In this document: one piece after another, positions 37,938 to 53,781 of the stretch
How the letters are laid out: each line of letters begins with the position of its first letter
How positions within the stretch are numbered: position 1 is the stretch's first letter
From: an uncultured delta proteobacterium
Lineage (GTDB): Bacteria > Desulfobacterota > Binatia > UBA9968
DNA length: 64,000 nt
Reading direction: 5' to 3'
NCBI GenBank assembly: GCA_963847445.1
Contig: CAWJZV010000045.1
Span: forward strand, 96,001-160,000
Notes under the pieces: generated by a model
Told to the model about the DNA's origin: nothing
Seen by the model: only the letters and a program-made list of their open reading frames with translations
Databases searched by the model: none
Position numbers and translations under genes: made by a program

Positions 37938-38384
37938 TTAGTTCACGCTGATTGCGATCTGGCGCGGCTTCGCCTCCTCGACTTTCGGCACGTGGATCTC
38001 GAGAATCCCGTCGCGATAGCTGGCCTTGATACCGTCCTGCCTGACAGTTTGCGGCAGATAAAAAGATCTCGAAAACCTGCCATGTGTCCGCTCATTGCGG
38101 TGGTACTCGACTCCATCGGTCAAACTCTCCGCTTTGCGTTCGCCGCTCAGCGTCAAGGTGCCGTCATTGACTTCTAAGTGGAAGTCTTCCTTCTTCATCC
38201 CAGGGATCTCAGCGCGGATTAAGTACGCGTCTTTGCTTTCCAGAATATCCACCGGCGGTAACCATGCGCCGGCAGTTGCGGATGGCAACGCGCGCGCCCG
38301 CCCGACGCTCTCGTCGAATAGATCGTTGATCCGGCTATGCAGCCGACTTAAACCCTCAAACGGTTCCCATCTTACGAGTTCCAT
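37938..38384 (-). CDS. Hsp20/alpha-crystallin small heat-shock protein
   Basis: MELVRWEPF, PPVDILE, ERTHGRFSRSF, YRDGILEI. Confidence 0.95.
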   Translation of the reverse strand: MELVRWEPFEGLSRLHSRINDLFDESVGRARALPSATAGAWLPPVDILESKDAYLIRAEIPGMKKEDFHLEVNDGTLTLSGERKAESLTDGVEYHRNERTHGRFSRSFYLPQTVRQDGIKASYRDGILEIHVPKVEEAKPRQIAISVN

Positions 38385-38424
38385 ATTTACCCCTCCTTCC
38401 AAGGGAGTTTATTGAGATGTCGGA

Positions 38425-38487
38425 AAGCTAAACACGGAGCGGCGCGCTGTCAATCGGCTTGACAAAACCGCCGGGTGTAACTAGCTT
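38425..38487. promoter_or_regulatory. Back-to-back divergent promoters (hsp20 / htrA)
   Basis: TTGACA-N17-TAGCTT on both strands, -35 boxes 5 bp apart. Confidence 0.7.
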
Positions 38488-38532
38488 TTACGGATTGTCC
38501 AGGGCGGATCTAAGCTTACGACAAGGAAAATT

Positions 38533-39669
38533 ATGAGCAAACCAGGTTCTGAACTGTCAATTTCGCGTTGCAGGAAATATCTCTGGCCGGTGGTCGCGTT
38601 GTCATCGGTGGTCATCCTGCTGGCACAGCAGGCCTGGTTGGGCGGCGCCACACTCAACAATCCCAAGACGGCGGCGCGCGCGGTGACGCCACGCGGCGAT
38701 CTGATGGCCGAAGAGAAATCCACCATCGCGCTGTTCAAGCAGGCGTCGCCTGCGGTGCTCAACATCACGTCCATCGGCATCGAGCGCGACATGTTCACCC
38801 TCAACCAGTATCAGATGCCCCAGGGTACGGGTTCCGGTTTTATCTGGGACAATACCGGTAACGTGATTACCAACTTTCATGTGATTCAAAACGCCGACGC
38901 GGCGCAGGTGACGTTGGCGGATCAGTCAGCGTACAAGGCGCGGGTGGTCGGCGTGGCGCCGGACAAAGATTTGGCGGTGTTGAAGATCGACGCGCCGACC
39001 GCCAAGCTACAGGCGATTCCGCTGGGCACGTCGAAAGACTTGCAAGTGGGGCAGAGTGTCTTTGCCATCGGCAATCCCTTCGGTCTCGACCAGACGCTTA
39101 CCACCGGCGTGATCAGCGCACTCAATCGTGAGATCGAGTCGCTGACGCGGCGGCCGATCCAAGGCGTGATTCAATCCGACGCGGCGATCAATCCGGGAAA
39201 TTCCGGCGGCCCTTTGCTCGACAGCGCCGGCCGCTTGATCGGTGTCAACACGGCGATCTACAGTCCGTCCGGCGTATCGGCGGGAATCGGTTTCGCGATT
39301 CCCGTCGATACGGTCAATCGCATCGTCACCGAATTGATTCGTTTCGGCAAAGTCGTCAGACCCGGTTTCGGCGTGCAGGTAGCCGACGAACAAATCGCCC
39401 AGCGTTTGAACGTGACCGGCGTGTTGATCGTCGATGTGGCGCGCGGCAGCGCCGCGGCGAAGGCTGGCATTCAGCCGACACGGCGGGATAATACCGGCAG
39501 GGTGCGGCTGGGCGATATCATCACCGCCATCGATGGCAAAAAAATCGAGTCGCCCAACGATCTGTTTCTGGCTTTGGAGAAATACAAGGTCGGTGATGCC
39601 GTAAACGTTTCGGTGCTGCGCAACGACAAAACGGTCCAGCTGAAGATCGCATTGGAAGCGGTTCAGTAG
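38533..39669 (+). CDS. HtrA/DegP-family serine protease (trypsin plus one PDZ)
   Basis: GTGSGF, TNFHV, DLAVL, NPGNSGGPL. Confidence 0.95.
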   Translation: MSKPGSELSISRCRKYLWPVVALSSVVILLAQQAWLGGATLNNPKTAARAVTPRGDLMAEEKSTIALFKQASPAVLNITSIGIERDMFTLNQYQMPQGTGSGFIWDNTGNVITNFHVIQNADAAQVTLADQSAYKARVVGVAPDKDLAVLKIDAPTAKLQAIPLGTSKDLQVGQSVFAIGNPFGLDQTLTTGVISALNREIESLTRRPIQGVIQSDAAINPGNSGGPLLDSAGRLIGVNTAIYSPSGVSAGIGFAIPVDTVNRIVTELIRFGKVVRPGFGVQVADEQIAQRLNVTGVLIVDVARGSAAAKAGIQPTRRDNTGRVRLGDIITAIDGKKIESPNDLFLALEKYKVGDAVNVSVLRNDKTVQLKIALEAVQ

Positions 39670-39704
39670 AATCCTGCCGGCGAATCGGTCAGCGAACTAT
39701 CCGT

Positions 39705-40730
39705 TCAGTTTTTTTCCAGAAGGTCGCGAGCGTTGTTTTGATTATCGTCGCGCTCGTAGGCGGCGATGATCTCCTGGACGAGGTGATGGCGCGCCACGTC
39801 CTTTTCGGTAAACGTGACGAAGCGGATGCCCTGCACGCCACGCAAGATCCGGGCGGCTTCTTTGAGTCCCGAGGCCTTGCCCGCGGGCAAATCGATCTGG
39901 GTGGCATCGCCGGTGATCACCGCCTTGGATCCGTAGCCGAGGCGGGTCAGAAACATTTTCATCTGCTCCGGCGTGGTATTCTGCGCTTCGTCGAGTATCA
40001 CGAAGGAATCGTTAAGCGTCCGGCCGCGCATGAACGCCAGCGGCGCTACTTCAATGGTCCCGCGCTCGACCATTTTGCGGGCGCGATCGAATTCGACCAT
40101 GTCATGCAGCGCGTCATAGAGTGGGCGCAGATACGGATTGACTTTTTCCGCCAGATCGCCGGGCAGAAAGCCTAATTTTTCGCCGGCTTCGACGGCCGGC
40201 CGGGTGAGAATGATGCGCACGTAATTATTCTTCATTAACTCGGCCACGGCCATCGCCATGGCGAGGTAGGTCTTGCCGGTGCCGGCTGGACCGACGCCAA
40301 AGACGATGTCGTAGCGGCGGATGGCATCGATATAAGCTTTTTGCGCGATGCTTTTCGGCGTGATCGTGCGCTTGTGCGCGGATATATAGATCGTGTCGAG
40401 AAAGATATCTTGCAGCTTGGCGCGGTTATCGCCGCTCAAGATGCGGATGGCGTAGTCGACGTCGCTGGCGTAAACCGGATAGCCTTTTTCCAGAAGACTG
40501 TAGAGTTGCCGCAGGATTTGGCTCGCCAGTTCGACTTGCAGCGGGTCGCCTTCGATCTCCATTGCTGAGCCGCGTACGCGGATTTTGAGCTGCAAGGTGT
40601 TCTGAAGAATTTTGACATGCTGGTCATGTTGGCCGAGCAGATCGCGGAACAAACGCGGATCGTGAAACTCAATCTGGTTGACGCCGATTTCCTCGACTCG
40701 ATTGGCGGTCTGAGTTTTTTCGTCTTTCAC
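39705..40730 (-). CDS. phoH: PhoH family ATPase
   Basis: GPAGTGKT, RPAVEAGE, FMRGRT, DEAQN. Confidence 0.95.
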   Translation of the reverse strand: MKDEKTQTANRVEEIGVNQIEFHDPRLFRDLLGQHDQHVKILQNTLQLKIRVRGSAMEIEGDPLQVELASQILRQLYSLLEKGYPVYASDVDYAIRILSGDNRAKLQDIFLDTIYISAHKRTITPKSIAQKAYIDAIRRYDIVFGVGPAGTGKTYLAMAMAVAELMKNNYVRIILTRPAVEAGEKLGFLPGDLAEKVNPYLRPLYDALHDMVEFDRARKMVERGTIEVAPLAFMRGRTLNDSFVILDEAQNTTPEQMKMFLTRLGYGSKAVITGDATQIDLPAGKASGLKEAARILRGVQGIRFVTFTEKDVARHHLVQEIIAAYERDDNQNNARDLLEKN

Positions 40731-40734
40731 TCGG

Positions 40735-41157
40735 CATTCTCCTATGAGCTGAACGATGACTTCACGGTTGCGCGGGCGGTTGTCGAAGTCCATCAAGATG
40801 ATCTGTTGCCAAGTTCCCAGAGTCGGCGCGCCGTCAACGACCGGGATCGCCAACGAGGGGCCGAACAACGTGGCGCGTAGATGGGAAAAGCCGTTGTCGT
40901 CGTTCCAGCGATCGTCGTGGTGATAGCGCCGGTCGGCTGGAATATGTTTTTCCAGGAACTCTTGCAAATCTTGGACTAGACCGGGCTCATACTCGAGAGT
41001 TGTCAGCGCCGCGGTGGAGCCGTTGACGAACAGCGTCGCCGTGCCGTTGCGCAGGTTGCACGGCGCGGATTTGCTCCTTGAATTTAGCGGTGATGTCGAC
41101 GATGTCGCAGCAGCCGGCGGTGGATTCGGTGATGGTCTTGGTGTGAATCGTGATCAC
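40735..41157 (-). CDS. yjbQ: YjbQ (UPF0047) family protein
   Basis: GSTAA, NGFSHLRA, LGTWQQI. Confidence 0.88.
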
Positions 41158-41260
41158 GCTAGCAATCGACCCGTGGCGGCTGACAAGTAGAATTGATAAG
41201 CCGACAATGGAGGGGGGAGCATCGGTGGCAGTTTGCCGTGGCTGCTGCGATTTTCTAACT

Positions 41261-43907
<2,647 letters not shown>

Positions 43908-44415
43908 TTAGTCTTCGTCGATTCGATATTTCAGCAGGTCGAAGATCACTTGGCTGCTAAAGCCGCGCCGCTGCAGCAGGGCAACGGCGCGTCGCTGTGC
44001 CTTGGCGTCTTGCAGGCTCGCGTCGCCGAATCGTTTGGTTAATATTTTTCTGGCACTTTCCTGTTCGCTCCTATGGTTCAAACTTTGCTGTATCGTTTCG
44101 CCGAATCACATTGGCGCCGATACCCTTGATGCGTAACTCTTGCTCGACTCTTCTCGGGCCGTAGCCGCGGCTTTCCAGCCGAGAACGCGCCCAGATCTGG
44201 GCAAAGGATAGGTCGTCGAGATAGTGCAGCGACCGGAGCTTATCGATCACGGCCTCGCCAACTTGCGGCTCGCAGCCCTTCTGGCGCAAATATTTTTTGA
44301 CTTCCAACTCGCTGCGCGGCCGGTAGCTCAAGTAGCGCAAAGCCAATTGCAACGCCTGTTCGGGCGAGTCGGCGGTCGCGGCCCTGGCATCTGATCGTTT
44401 CAGCGTCTATCCAAA
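43908..44415 (-). CDS. recX: Regulatory protein RecX (start uncertain)
   Basis: LSYRPRSELE, YLDD, GPRR, LQRRGFS; directly downstream of recA. Confidence 0.88.
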
Positions 44416-44424
44416 AGCTTGAAG

Positions 44425-45477
<1,053 letters not shown>

Positions 45478-45487
45478 TTCCTGCCTC

Positions 45488-46060
45488 CTAATCGATTGCC
45501 TGGTCGTTAAGCATAATTACTTTCAGTTGTGAATAAACGGCCCCAGTGGGCTTGAGCACGCTTTGGAATAAGCTCACCCGGTCGACGATGGTCGCGCCGA
45601 AATCCCGGTCGCGCCAGCGATGCAATTCCTGCTTGAGATTAAGCGCCGACCGGTCGACGTGGCGCCAGCGGCCGATGGTTAGATGCGGTGTGAATTCTCT
45701 TGGTTCAGCGGAAAATTCCAGCGCCAATAGCGCTCTATCTATGTTTGCCGCCAACCGTGCTAACCCGTCTCCGAAAAATCCCACCCACAAAATTTTTGCT
45801 TGTCTCAGTCCGGGGAATACCCCTAGACCTTTAGCATTTATGGTGCAGCGCGGAAAGGGGGCGAGCGCTCGTTGCAGGGCGGCACCGAGGGCATCGACCT
45901 GGTTCGCTTCGATGTCGCCCAGGAACTTGAGGGTAAGGTGAAAATTCGCCGGCGCGACCCAACGGATAGCCGGCAGTTTGGGTTTCAACTCGGCGATTGC
46001 CGAGGTGATGCTGGCGATTGTCGTCGGCGCGACTTCCACGGCGATAAATGCGCGGATCAT
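45488..46060 (-). CDS. thpR: RNA 2',3'-cyclic phosphodiesterase
   Basis: Two HxT motifs (HLTLKF, PHLTIGR). Confidence 0.92.
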   Translation of the reverse strand: MIRAFIAVEVAPTTIASITSAIAELKPKLPAIRWVAPANFHLTLKFLGDIEANQVDALGAALQRALAPFPRCTINAKGLGVFPGLRQAKILWVGFFGDGLARLAANIDRALLALEFSAEPREFTPHLTIGRWRHVDRSALNLKQELHRWRDRDFGATIVDRVSLFQSVLKPTGAVYSQLKVIMLNDQAID

Positions 46061-46070
46061 GACCCGCTAC

Positions 46071-47314
46071 TCACGAAAGCAGTTGGCGCAGCCAGTTCAA
46101 CGCCGCTTGGGCGGTGCCTTGCACGATCCGTTCACGATCGGTCAGGACCATGAGATTGAGGAGTCTGGCTTGGTGAAAGTTGTCCCGGCAGATGCTCACC
46201 CAGACGGTGCCGACCGGCTTGTCCGCACTGCCGCCCGATGGGCCGGCCACCCCAGTGACGCTGAGTCCGATGGTGGCGCCGGTGCGCTGACGGATACCCT
46301 GCGCCATTTCCAAAGCGGTGTCTCGACTGACCGCGCCGACACGATCCAATGTTGCCGGATTGACGCCCAGGGCGCGAATCTTCTCGGCATTCGAATAAGT
46401 TATTGCAGCGCCGAGAAAGTAGGCCGAGCTGCCGGCTACTCGGGTGATGCGATGGCTGATCAATCCGCCGGTGCAAGACTCGGCGAGGGCGAGGGTCTGT
46501 TGCTTGCGCAGCAGCAGCTGGCCGACCACTTCTTCCATGGTCAGCTCGCTGTCGGCATAAATGTAGTCGTCGAGAATGTTTTTGATTTGCCCGCGCAGCT
46601 TTAAGAAATGCTCCGTCTGGTGCCGCACCGCCACTCACGGTCAGACGCAGGGTCAGATCGGGGAAATGGGCGCGAAAGGACAGCTTGGCGAAGTTGCCCA
46701 AATCCAGCGGCTTAACCAGATCGTCCAATTTCGATTCGCTAATGCCATGAATTTTGAAGGTAGCCTCGTGGATCGTCGACTGACTGCCGTTCCGTTCGAC
46801 GATCCATGGCAACACCGACTCGCGCAGCATGGCACTCATCTCGTGGGGCACGCCGGAAAGCCACAGGAGTGTTTTGCCTCGACCGAGCTCGACGCGAAAA
46901 CCGGGCGCAGAGCCGTTGGGGTTGGCGATGATTACCGCACCCTCGGGGAAGACCGCCTGTTTGAGATTGTTCGCCGTAAATGCCACGCCGCGCTTTGCGA
47001 AGCGCGCTTTGAGCGCCGCCGCCACGCCGTCGTCTTGTTTGGTCTTAACGCCGAGCAACTCAGCGACCAATTCTGTTGTCAAATCATCTGCCGTCGGCCC
47101 CAAGCCGCCGGTGCCGATGACGATATCGCCGAGCTCCTGCGCTTGGCGCAGGGCCCAGAGCATCTGGTCGCGGTCGTCGCCGACTTTCACCACCGCGGCG
47201 ACGCGGATGCCTAAAGCGAACAAGCCGATCGGCGATGACGGCTGAGTTGGTGTCGACCACTTTACCGGTGGTCAGTTCATCGCCGGTACTCAAGATAACC
47301 GCTTTTTCGATCAT
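46071..47314 (-). CDS. cinA: Competence/damage-inducible CinA (NMN deamidase domain)
   Basis: GDEL, GGLGPTADD, AESCTGG, TGVAGP. Confidence 0.93.
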
Positions 47315-47810
47315 AACCACCGCCAATAAAGGAAGGTTTGGACGATGACAAATGCATACACTCCCGCCGCCACGTCGTCGAGGACGATGCCGGTGCCGCC
47401 AGGGAGTTTTTCCAGCCGCGCCGCTGGGTAAACTTTGGCGATATCGAAAATGCGAAACAGCAGGAAACCCAGCAGCAACGGCGCCCAGCGCAGGGGCGCG
47501 AGAAAGTTGGCGATCATGAAGCCGACGATTTCGTCGGCGACGATAATTTGCGGATCTTTCCGTGCATAATCTCAGCCGCTGCGGTCGAAATTTTTATTGC
47601 CCCGAAGGTCAATCCAACCAACAGAATCAGCGCGAACAGTGGGAGCGGTCTCGGCCAGGCGATTGAGAGCAAGCGAGAATGGCATGGCGAATAAAGTTCC
47701 CATCGTTCCGGGAAAAAACGGAGAGTATCCGACCCCGGCTCCGGTGGCTAGAGCGAGGGTCAATCTTGCGCCGCAAGCTGCTCACTGTGAGCGCGATAAT
47801 ATTGAGTAAA
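47311..47810 (-). CDS. pgpA: Phosphatidylglycerophosphatase A (start uncertain)
   Basis: PGTMGT, VADEIVG, FRIFDIAK, LDDVAAG. Confidence 0.88.
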
Positions 47811-47875
47811 CCAAGAAAACGCTAGGCTCAGAGAGAGCTAAAAGCACGGCTCAGGTAATAGGGCCGGGTTCGCGG

Positions 47876-49230
47876 TTAGGACTGCGGCGAGGACTTGAGC
47901 TCGTCCATGTAGGTACGCATCTGGTTTTCGAAGAGTCTGTGCAGGGCCGGCTCAAGGTGATCTTCCGCGGGGAAGTCGATGCTTAGAGGATTAATATACT
48001 GTTGATCTTTATAAAGTTCGAAATGGAGGTGCGGCCCGGTGGTTCTGCCGGTGGAACCGACATAGCCGATCAATTGACCCTTGGTCACCGCTACGCCAGC
48101 TTGTATGCCTTCGGCAAATCGATCCAGGTGAGCGTAACGGCTAGAGTAAGTTGCGTCATGCTTGATGTCGATAGCTTTGCCGTAGCCGCCGTTCCAACCC
48201 GCCTCGGCGATGATGCCGTCACCCACGGCCCGAACCGGCGTGCCACGCTGGGCGGCAAAGTCGACGCCGGTATGGGCCAGGTTGGTGCGTAAAACTGGAT
48301 GAAATCTCGATTCGGTGAAGGGCGACGTGATCGCGCTGAATTCTAAGGGGAAGCGTAAGAAGGAACGCGCCAGACTGCGCCCCTCGTGATTATAATAGTT
48401 GCCAACGCCTTTTTGCCGCTCAAAGTATACCGCGGTGTACTTCTGGCCGGCGCTATTGAGTTCAGCCGCTAGGATACGAGCCCGGTCTTGGCTTCTTGGC
48501 CCTTGCGGCTGCGCTGCTCGTAGAGGATCTTGAAGTGGTCGCCTTTGCGAATGTCTTTTTCCAGGTCGATATCCCAGGTGAACAGGTCGGCAAGCTGGGA
48601 AAGCAGCGCCGGGTGGACACCGGCCTTGCGACCGTCGTCGAAGAGCGAGTTTTCAATCGATGCGCTGACCGTTTTCATTTCGACGTCGTAGGGCTTTTCA
48701 CGGCGCTGGACGAAGATGCCGCGGATGCCTTTTTCCAAGGTTAAGGTGAATGAGTCGTTTTGATCGATTTCCACCGCCTTGAGCTGGCCCCGGGCCACCA
48801 GGCCGCGACCGCGCACCAGTGACTTGCCAAAAAAGAGGTGCGCCTCTTTCCCGCCGGTAATGCTTCACTACCGATATTTCTGGTCATGGTGCGTGCCCAT
48901 AGCAGGCTTTCCGCTTTGGACACGTTGTGACGGTTCAATACGTCCGAAAGCGTCTCGCCGGGGCGTATACGGTAGTTAACCAGCTCGCGTTTATCCGAAA
49001 GATCAATGGGCCGCGGGCTTGGCTGGAGCAGTAGAGCGCGGTGAGCCTGGCCCTTGGTCGAGCCGCCTTACCGGCGCGCTGGCTTGAACCGACGCTGGCT
49101 TAGGAGCTTGTTTGCCGCGCACGGCTTGGTTCTGCGCTGAGAGTTGCTTGGCCGCTTCACTATCTAGTGGCGCAACCGCGAGTGCGGCAACGATCGCGGA
49201 GAACGCCAAAATTCTCGGAAAAATCGACAT
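47876..49230 (-). CDS. M23 family peptidoglycan endopeptidase (indel-broken)
   Basis: HTGVD, YAHL, TGPHLH. Confidence 0.9.
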
Positions 49231-49405
49231 CCCTGGTTGTCCGGGGCGGCGATTATGGAGCTGCCCGGATGGTGTAGTTTGGCAAGCCATAGTACAACAA
49301 AGATTACAACTTATAGTCTGTTAGGGCCGGGCTGTCAACCTAAAATCGCTGCTAAAAAAAGTCCAATACCCCGGACAATTCGCGGTGTTAGGAGCGAATC
49401 TGGGC

Positions 49406-51956
49406 TTAGTCGGATTCCCTAAAAACGATGCGCCGCAGGGCGATCTCGACGAGCAAAAGGATGAAAGCCAGGATCAGCAGCGGCTGGCGCACCGGCTGGA
49501 AGTTCTTGGTCAGACTTTCACGCCGCAGGCTGTCTAGTGAGCGGGGATTGATTTCACCGCCGCTGCCTTCCGCCAATCTTGCGAGGAGCCGGTAGTTGAA
49601 TTCCGGTCGCGGCACTTCGGCGCTGCGGATCGTAAGCTAACGTGTAGGCGACCGGCGGGTAGGCGATGCGCTGGCCGGCTCGCTCCTCGGTCAGGTCGAT
49701 GCGGTAATCGCCGCTGGCGCTGGCTGGCAGGACCACCTGGAAATGGCCGGGCGCGAGTTTGTTTAGCGTGCCTTCGGTCTTGCCGCTCTTGCCGGCTGAG
49801 GAAAAGCGGAACTGGCTGTTGGCGCTGCTCTCTTCATAGACCGTCAGGTCGAGGATCGATTGCCCACCGGTGAAGCTGACCCGCGCTTCGTGCAACGGGA
49901 TCAGGTTCTGTTCGCTCGGGCTGAGCCATTCTAAGATCCGGCCCCAAAAACCCTGTAGTCCATCCCAGGGAACCCAGTTGCGCGTCCAGCGTCCCTCCAG
50001 ATCGCTGGTGAAAGCGACCGATTTGCCTTTGCCGTAGCGCCAAGAAGCGAGCAGCGGCGCGCGCCGATCATCGCGCGGAATGATTAGATCAGCCTGGGCG
50101 CCCCTTTTAACTTCGGTGTCCATATAGCCCAGCACCGCCGGATAATTTCTCACGCCGAAACCGGCCAACAGTTCAGAGCCGCCGGACTGTACTGGAATCA
50201 GCGGGCGATTGTCCTTGGGCTCGTCGCGGGGTTTGTCTTGGAGCTGTTCAAGAACGATCTGCGGCAGAGTCGATCGGATCGACGGTGTGGTGGAACAGGC
50301 CGCCGCCGTATTGGCTCACCCGCTTCATGATTCTGACATCCGCTTCATTACTGATCGCCACGGCGGAGACGGTGATTTTGCTATCGGTTTTCATCGCGCC
50401 GACCAGATCGACCAGTTCGCCCTTGGCTGCCGCGGGTGACGCCGTCGCTGAGCAGGATGACATGTTTGCGCGACGCGTTGGATCGCTCAAGCTGGCGTCG
50501 GGCTTCCTGCAATGCCGGCAGAAAGTAGGTTTGTCCGCCGGGCCTGAGCCGGTCGATTTGGCTGTCGATGACACCGCGCAGCCGCGCCATGGATTCCAGG
50601 TAGACGACGACAAACGGACTGTCGTCGAAACCGACGACACCCAATAGATCGATGTCTTTGAGCTGGCGCGCCACCGCTTTGGCGGCTTCCTTGGCGAATA
50701 GAATTCGATTGTCGTCGCGCATGCTGCCCGACTTGTCTATGACCAACACGACGGCGCGATTTTTTTCCGGCTGTTTGGGCGGTTCCTTCGGTTCTACCGG
50801 CAGGATTTTTTCAATTGGGGTTTGGCGATAGCTGTTCTGGGCGAAACTGGCGTCGGCACCGAGCATGATGAACGAGCCGCCGTCGGCGACATGGCGCTCG
50901 ACGCTGGCGAGGTAAGCCGCGGAAAAGCGCTCCCGCGGCACGTTATTAAATATCACGACTTTGTGCCCTGCCGGTGGCGGCGCACCATCGGCGCCACGAG
51001 AAACCACGTCAAAGCCCTGGCGGCGGACGATCTCGTCCAAGTAGCGGCCCGAGCCGCCGGCACCGTTAACGATCAGGACTTTCGCTTTTGTCCGCACGTT
51101 GACCCAGGCAAGCGCGTGATTGTCCGGCGTGAAAATATCGGCAGCCGCATCGACAGCGGCGAAGCTCGCTCGATAGGCGGTGAGCGCCTCGCTCGGTGAG
51201 ATTGGCTTGATAGCTAAGACTCTGGCTTCCCGGCCGCAACTTGATCCGGTCGGTTTTGAACGGTTGACCGTTGCTGGTCAGGGTCAACACGCCGTCGACC
51301 GGGCGGTCGTTCTGGTTGTCCAAGCTGACTCTTAAATTGAGCAATTCGCCGCTCATGCCCTGGCTGGGCGCGATCACTCTGGTCACGGCGACATTGGCGA
51401 TGGCCGGCCGTTCGGCCGGCAGCATGGGATAAATTCTAATGCCGGCGGCGGCCGCGGCCGGCAGCAGCCGCTCAACGTTGCCATCGGTTTCCCAGCCATC
51501 GGTAAATAAGAAAACCGAGCGCGGCGCCGCCGGCAGGGCGAGGAGCGAAGTTAAAAGATTCTCCAGATTGGTCTTGTCCGGCTGGCTGGCGCTGGAGTCG
51601 CCGCTGAGAGCCTCGTTGCAGATTGGCGCTTTCCTTGGCCGCGCCGGCGAAAGTATAGATGCGGTCGCTCGTTGCCAGGCGCCAGTTGCTTGGTCATGCT
51701 TGCCATCCAGGGGCGCATGCTCGGCGGCACGCTGCGCGAGACATCGTAGGCGAAGATCCGTTCTTCCTGGCGCGATTGCTGGCTCGTGGTCTGCGGATCG
51801 GCAAGGGTGAGAATCACCAGCGCCAAGATCACCGTGCGCGCCAGCAAGACCCACAAACGCCGGTCGCCCAAGCGCAGCCAGAGCACCGGCAGCAAGAGCA
51901 AGAGCCAGAGAAAATAGGGCCGGGCGAACTCGATATTGGCGAAGACGATTGTTCAT
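49406..51956 (-). CDS. Membrane-anchored VWA-domain protein with glutamine-amidotransferase-like region
   Basis: DVSRS, FTDG, IDKSGSM, LSDG, WRYGKGKSVAFTSD. Confidence 0.85.
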
Positions 51957-53777
51957 GACCGTTGTGCCACCCGCGCCGGGACGCGCCAGAGTTTTATCGA
52001 AAGCCATGCGCGGGCTCAAGAACCATTCGAGCAGCAGCAGCGCTAACGACGCGATCAATAGATAGGGCCAAAAGGAAAACAGCACCGACGCGCTGGCGCC
52101 GCTTGGGCTGCCGCCGCCGATGGCGACGGGCGCCGGCGTCCGCAGGTCGGACTCGCCGCGATCGAGCAAGTTACGGGCGATATAGCTGGCGCTCGCCGCC
52201 GCGGTTCAATTGATAGATGCCCTGGTAAAACGCCCCGCCAAAAAATCCCGCCCCTGGAGTTATCGCCAGGCTCTTGCCGCCCGGCAGGAGGATTTGATCG
52301 CCGTGTTGAGCTTTGCCGAGAAAGATCGCCTCGCCGGTGGCTTGGCTTTTGCCGCTGCGGCTGTCGAAAAACCAGTCGAGCAGATTCAAGGTGAACACCG
52401 ACATCGGCAAGTTGTCGCGCCCCAAGTACGGAAACGGATCGAAACCGACGGTGAGGTAGCGCACCCCTTGCCGTTCGCTGGCGAATGCCAGTGGGCCAGC
52501 GGCGCTGTCGATGACGATATCGCCGGCGGTTTGCGGCTTGAGCGGACGGGCGTAGGCCGGCCGGAACAGATTGAAATTGACGTAGCGGGTCAGCACATGC
52601 GGGATCGCGCCAGTTGGAGACGGTGACGTTGCTCACCGGCGCTCCGAGATCGACCAAGGAGCTGCTTTCCGGCGGCAGAATGAACAGCGCCGCGGTGGGC
52701 GGCAGCGCCGCCGGGGTGGCGAAATGATAAATCTCCAAGCCGTAGCCGGCGCGCTCGACTTTGTCATAGTCGGCGGGCGCGACGATATCGATCTGCACGC
52801 CGGGGATCGCTTTTAGACTTTCCAGCTCGCGTGGCCGCGGCGTAATTCCCAGTATGCGCAGGTTGCGCGATGCCGGCGCCACGGCGAAGCGCCGGTTGTC
52901 GACGGGCAAAGCGTCGCGGTTGGCGATCTCGGCTTCGTAGCTCGGGATGGTCGGCAATACCCTCGAAGGAAACTGCCGCGGTCTTGCCGGTGCCGACGAC
53001 GATCTCGCGGTGCGCCAGTTCGGCGCCGTTGCCTTTTAGAAGTATTTTGATTTTCTCATCGCGCTCGGAATAGTTGGCGACTTCGACCGACGCTTCCAAG
53101 CGGGCGTTGACCAGCGACGAGCGCTGCACGTCGAAAGCCGTCAGCGCGAAGTTGGCGCGCGGTTGGCCGACGGTGATCACTCGCGCGACGGCGCTTTGGC
53201 CGCGCGCCGGGCGATCGGTAAGCAGATATACCCGCTGATATTTGTGCTGGCGCGCCAGTTGCGCCAGCACATTGTCGTAATCGATCGGCGCTTCGCCCAA
53301 GTCGTAGGGCGCTTAGCTTGCCGATGATCGCGTCGCTTCGCTGGGCGAGAGCGGCACGGCGTGAACTTTCTCCAGTGTCGGTGTGGTCAGATAGAGATCG
53401 ACTTTGCCGCCGGCGCCGAGTTCGCCGGCCAGCGCGTTGGCCCGCTCTTGCGCCAGCGAAAAGCGCGTCTTGCCGTCTTCCAGCGCCTGCATGCTCGCGG
53501 AATTGTCCAAAATGATGGCGATGTTGGTGGGCCGGATCGACAACACCGGTTCGCTCAAGGCGAAAATCAACAGCGCCAACAGCAATAGTTGCAGGAAAAA
53601 TAGCGGCGGCAAGTGGATTCGCCCCCAAGGTTTGGCGCTGGCCGATTCGCCGGCTTCGATAAACAGCAGCAAGCTCGAAAACGCCAGGCGCTGAGGTTTG
53701 CGCCGGATCAAATACGGAATCAGCAGCAGCGGCAGCGCCAGGAGACCGAACAGGGCGGTGGGATTGAGAAATTCCAT
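51953..53777 (-). CDS. BatA-domain / VWA membrane protein
   Basis: MEFLNP, FSSLLL, LDNSASM, C-terminal LLLLEW. Confidence 0.85.
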
Positions 53778-53781
53778 TGGC

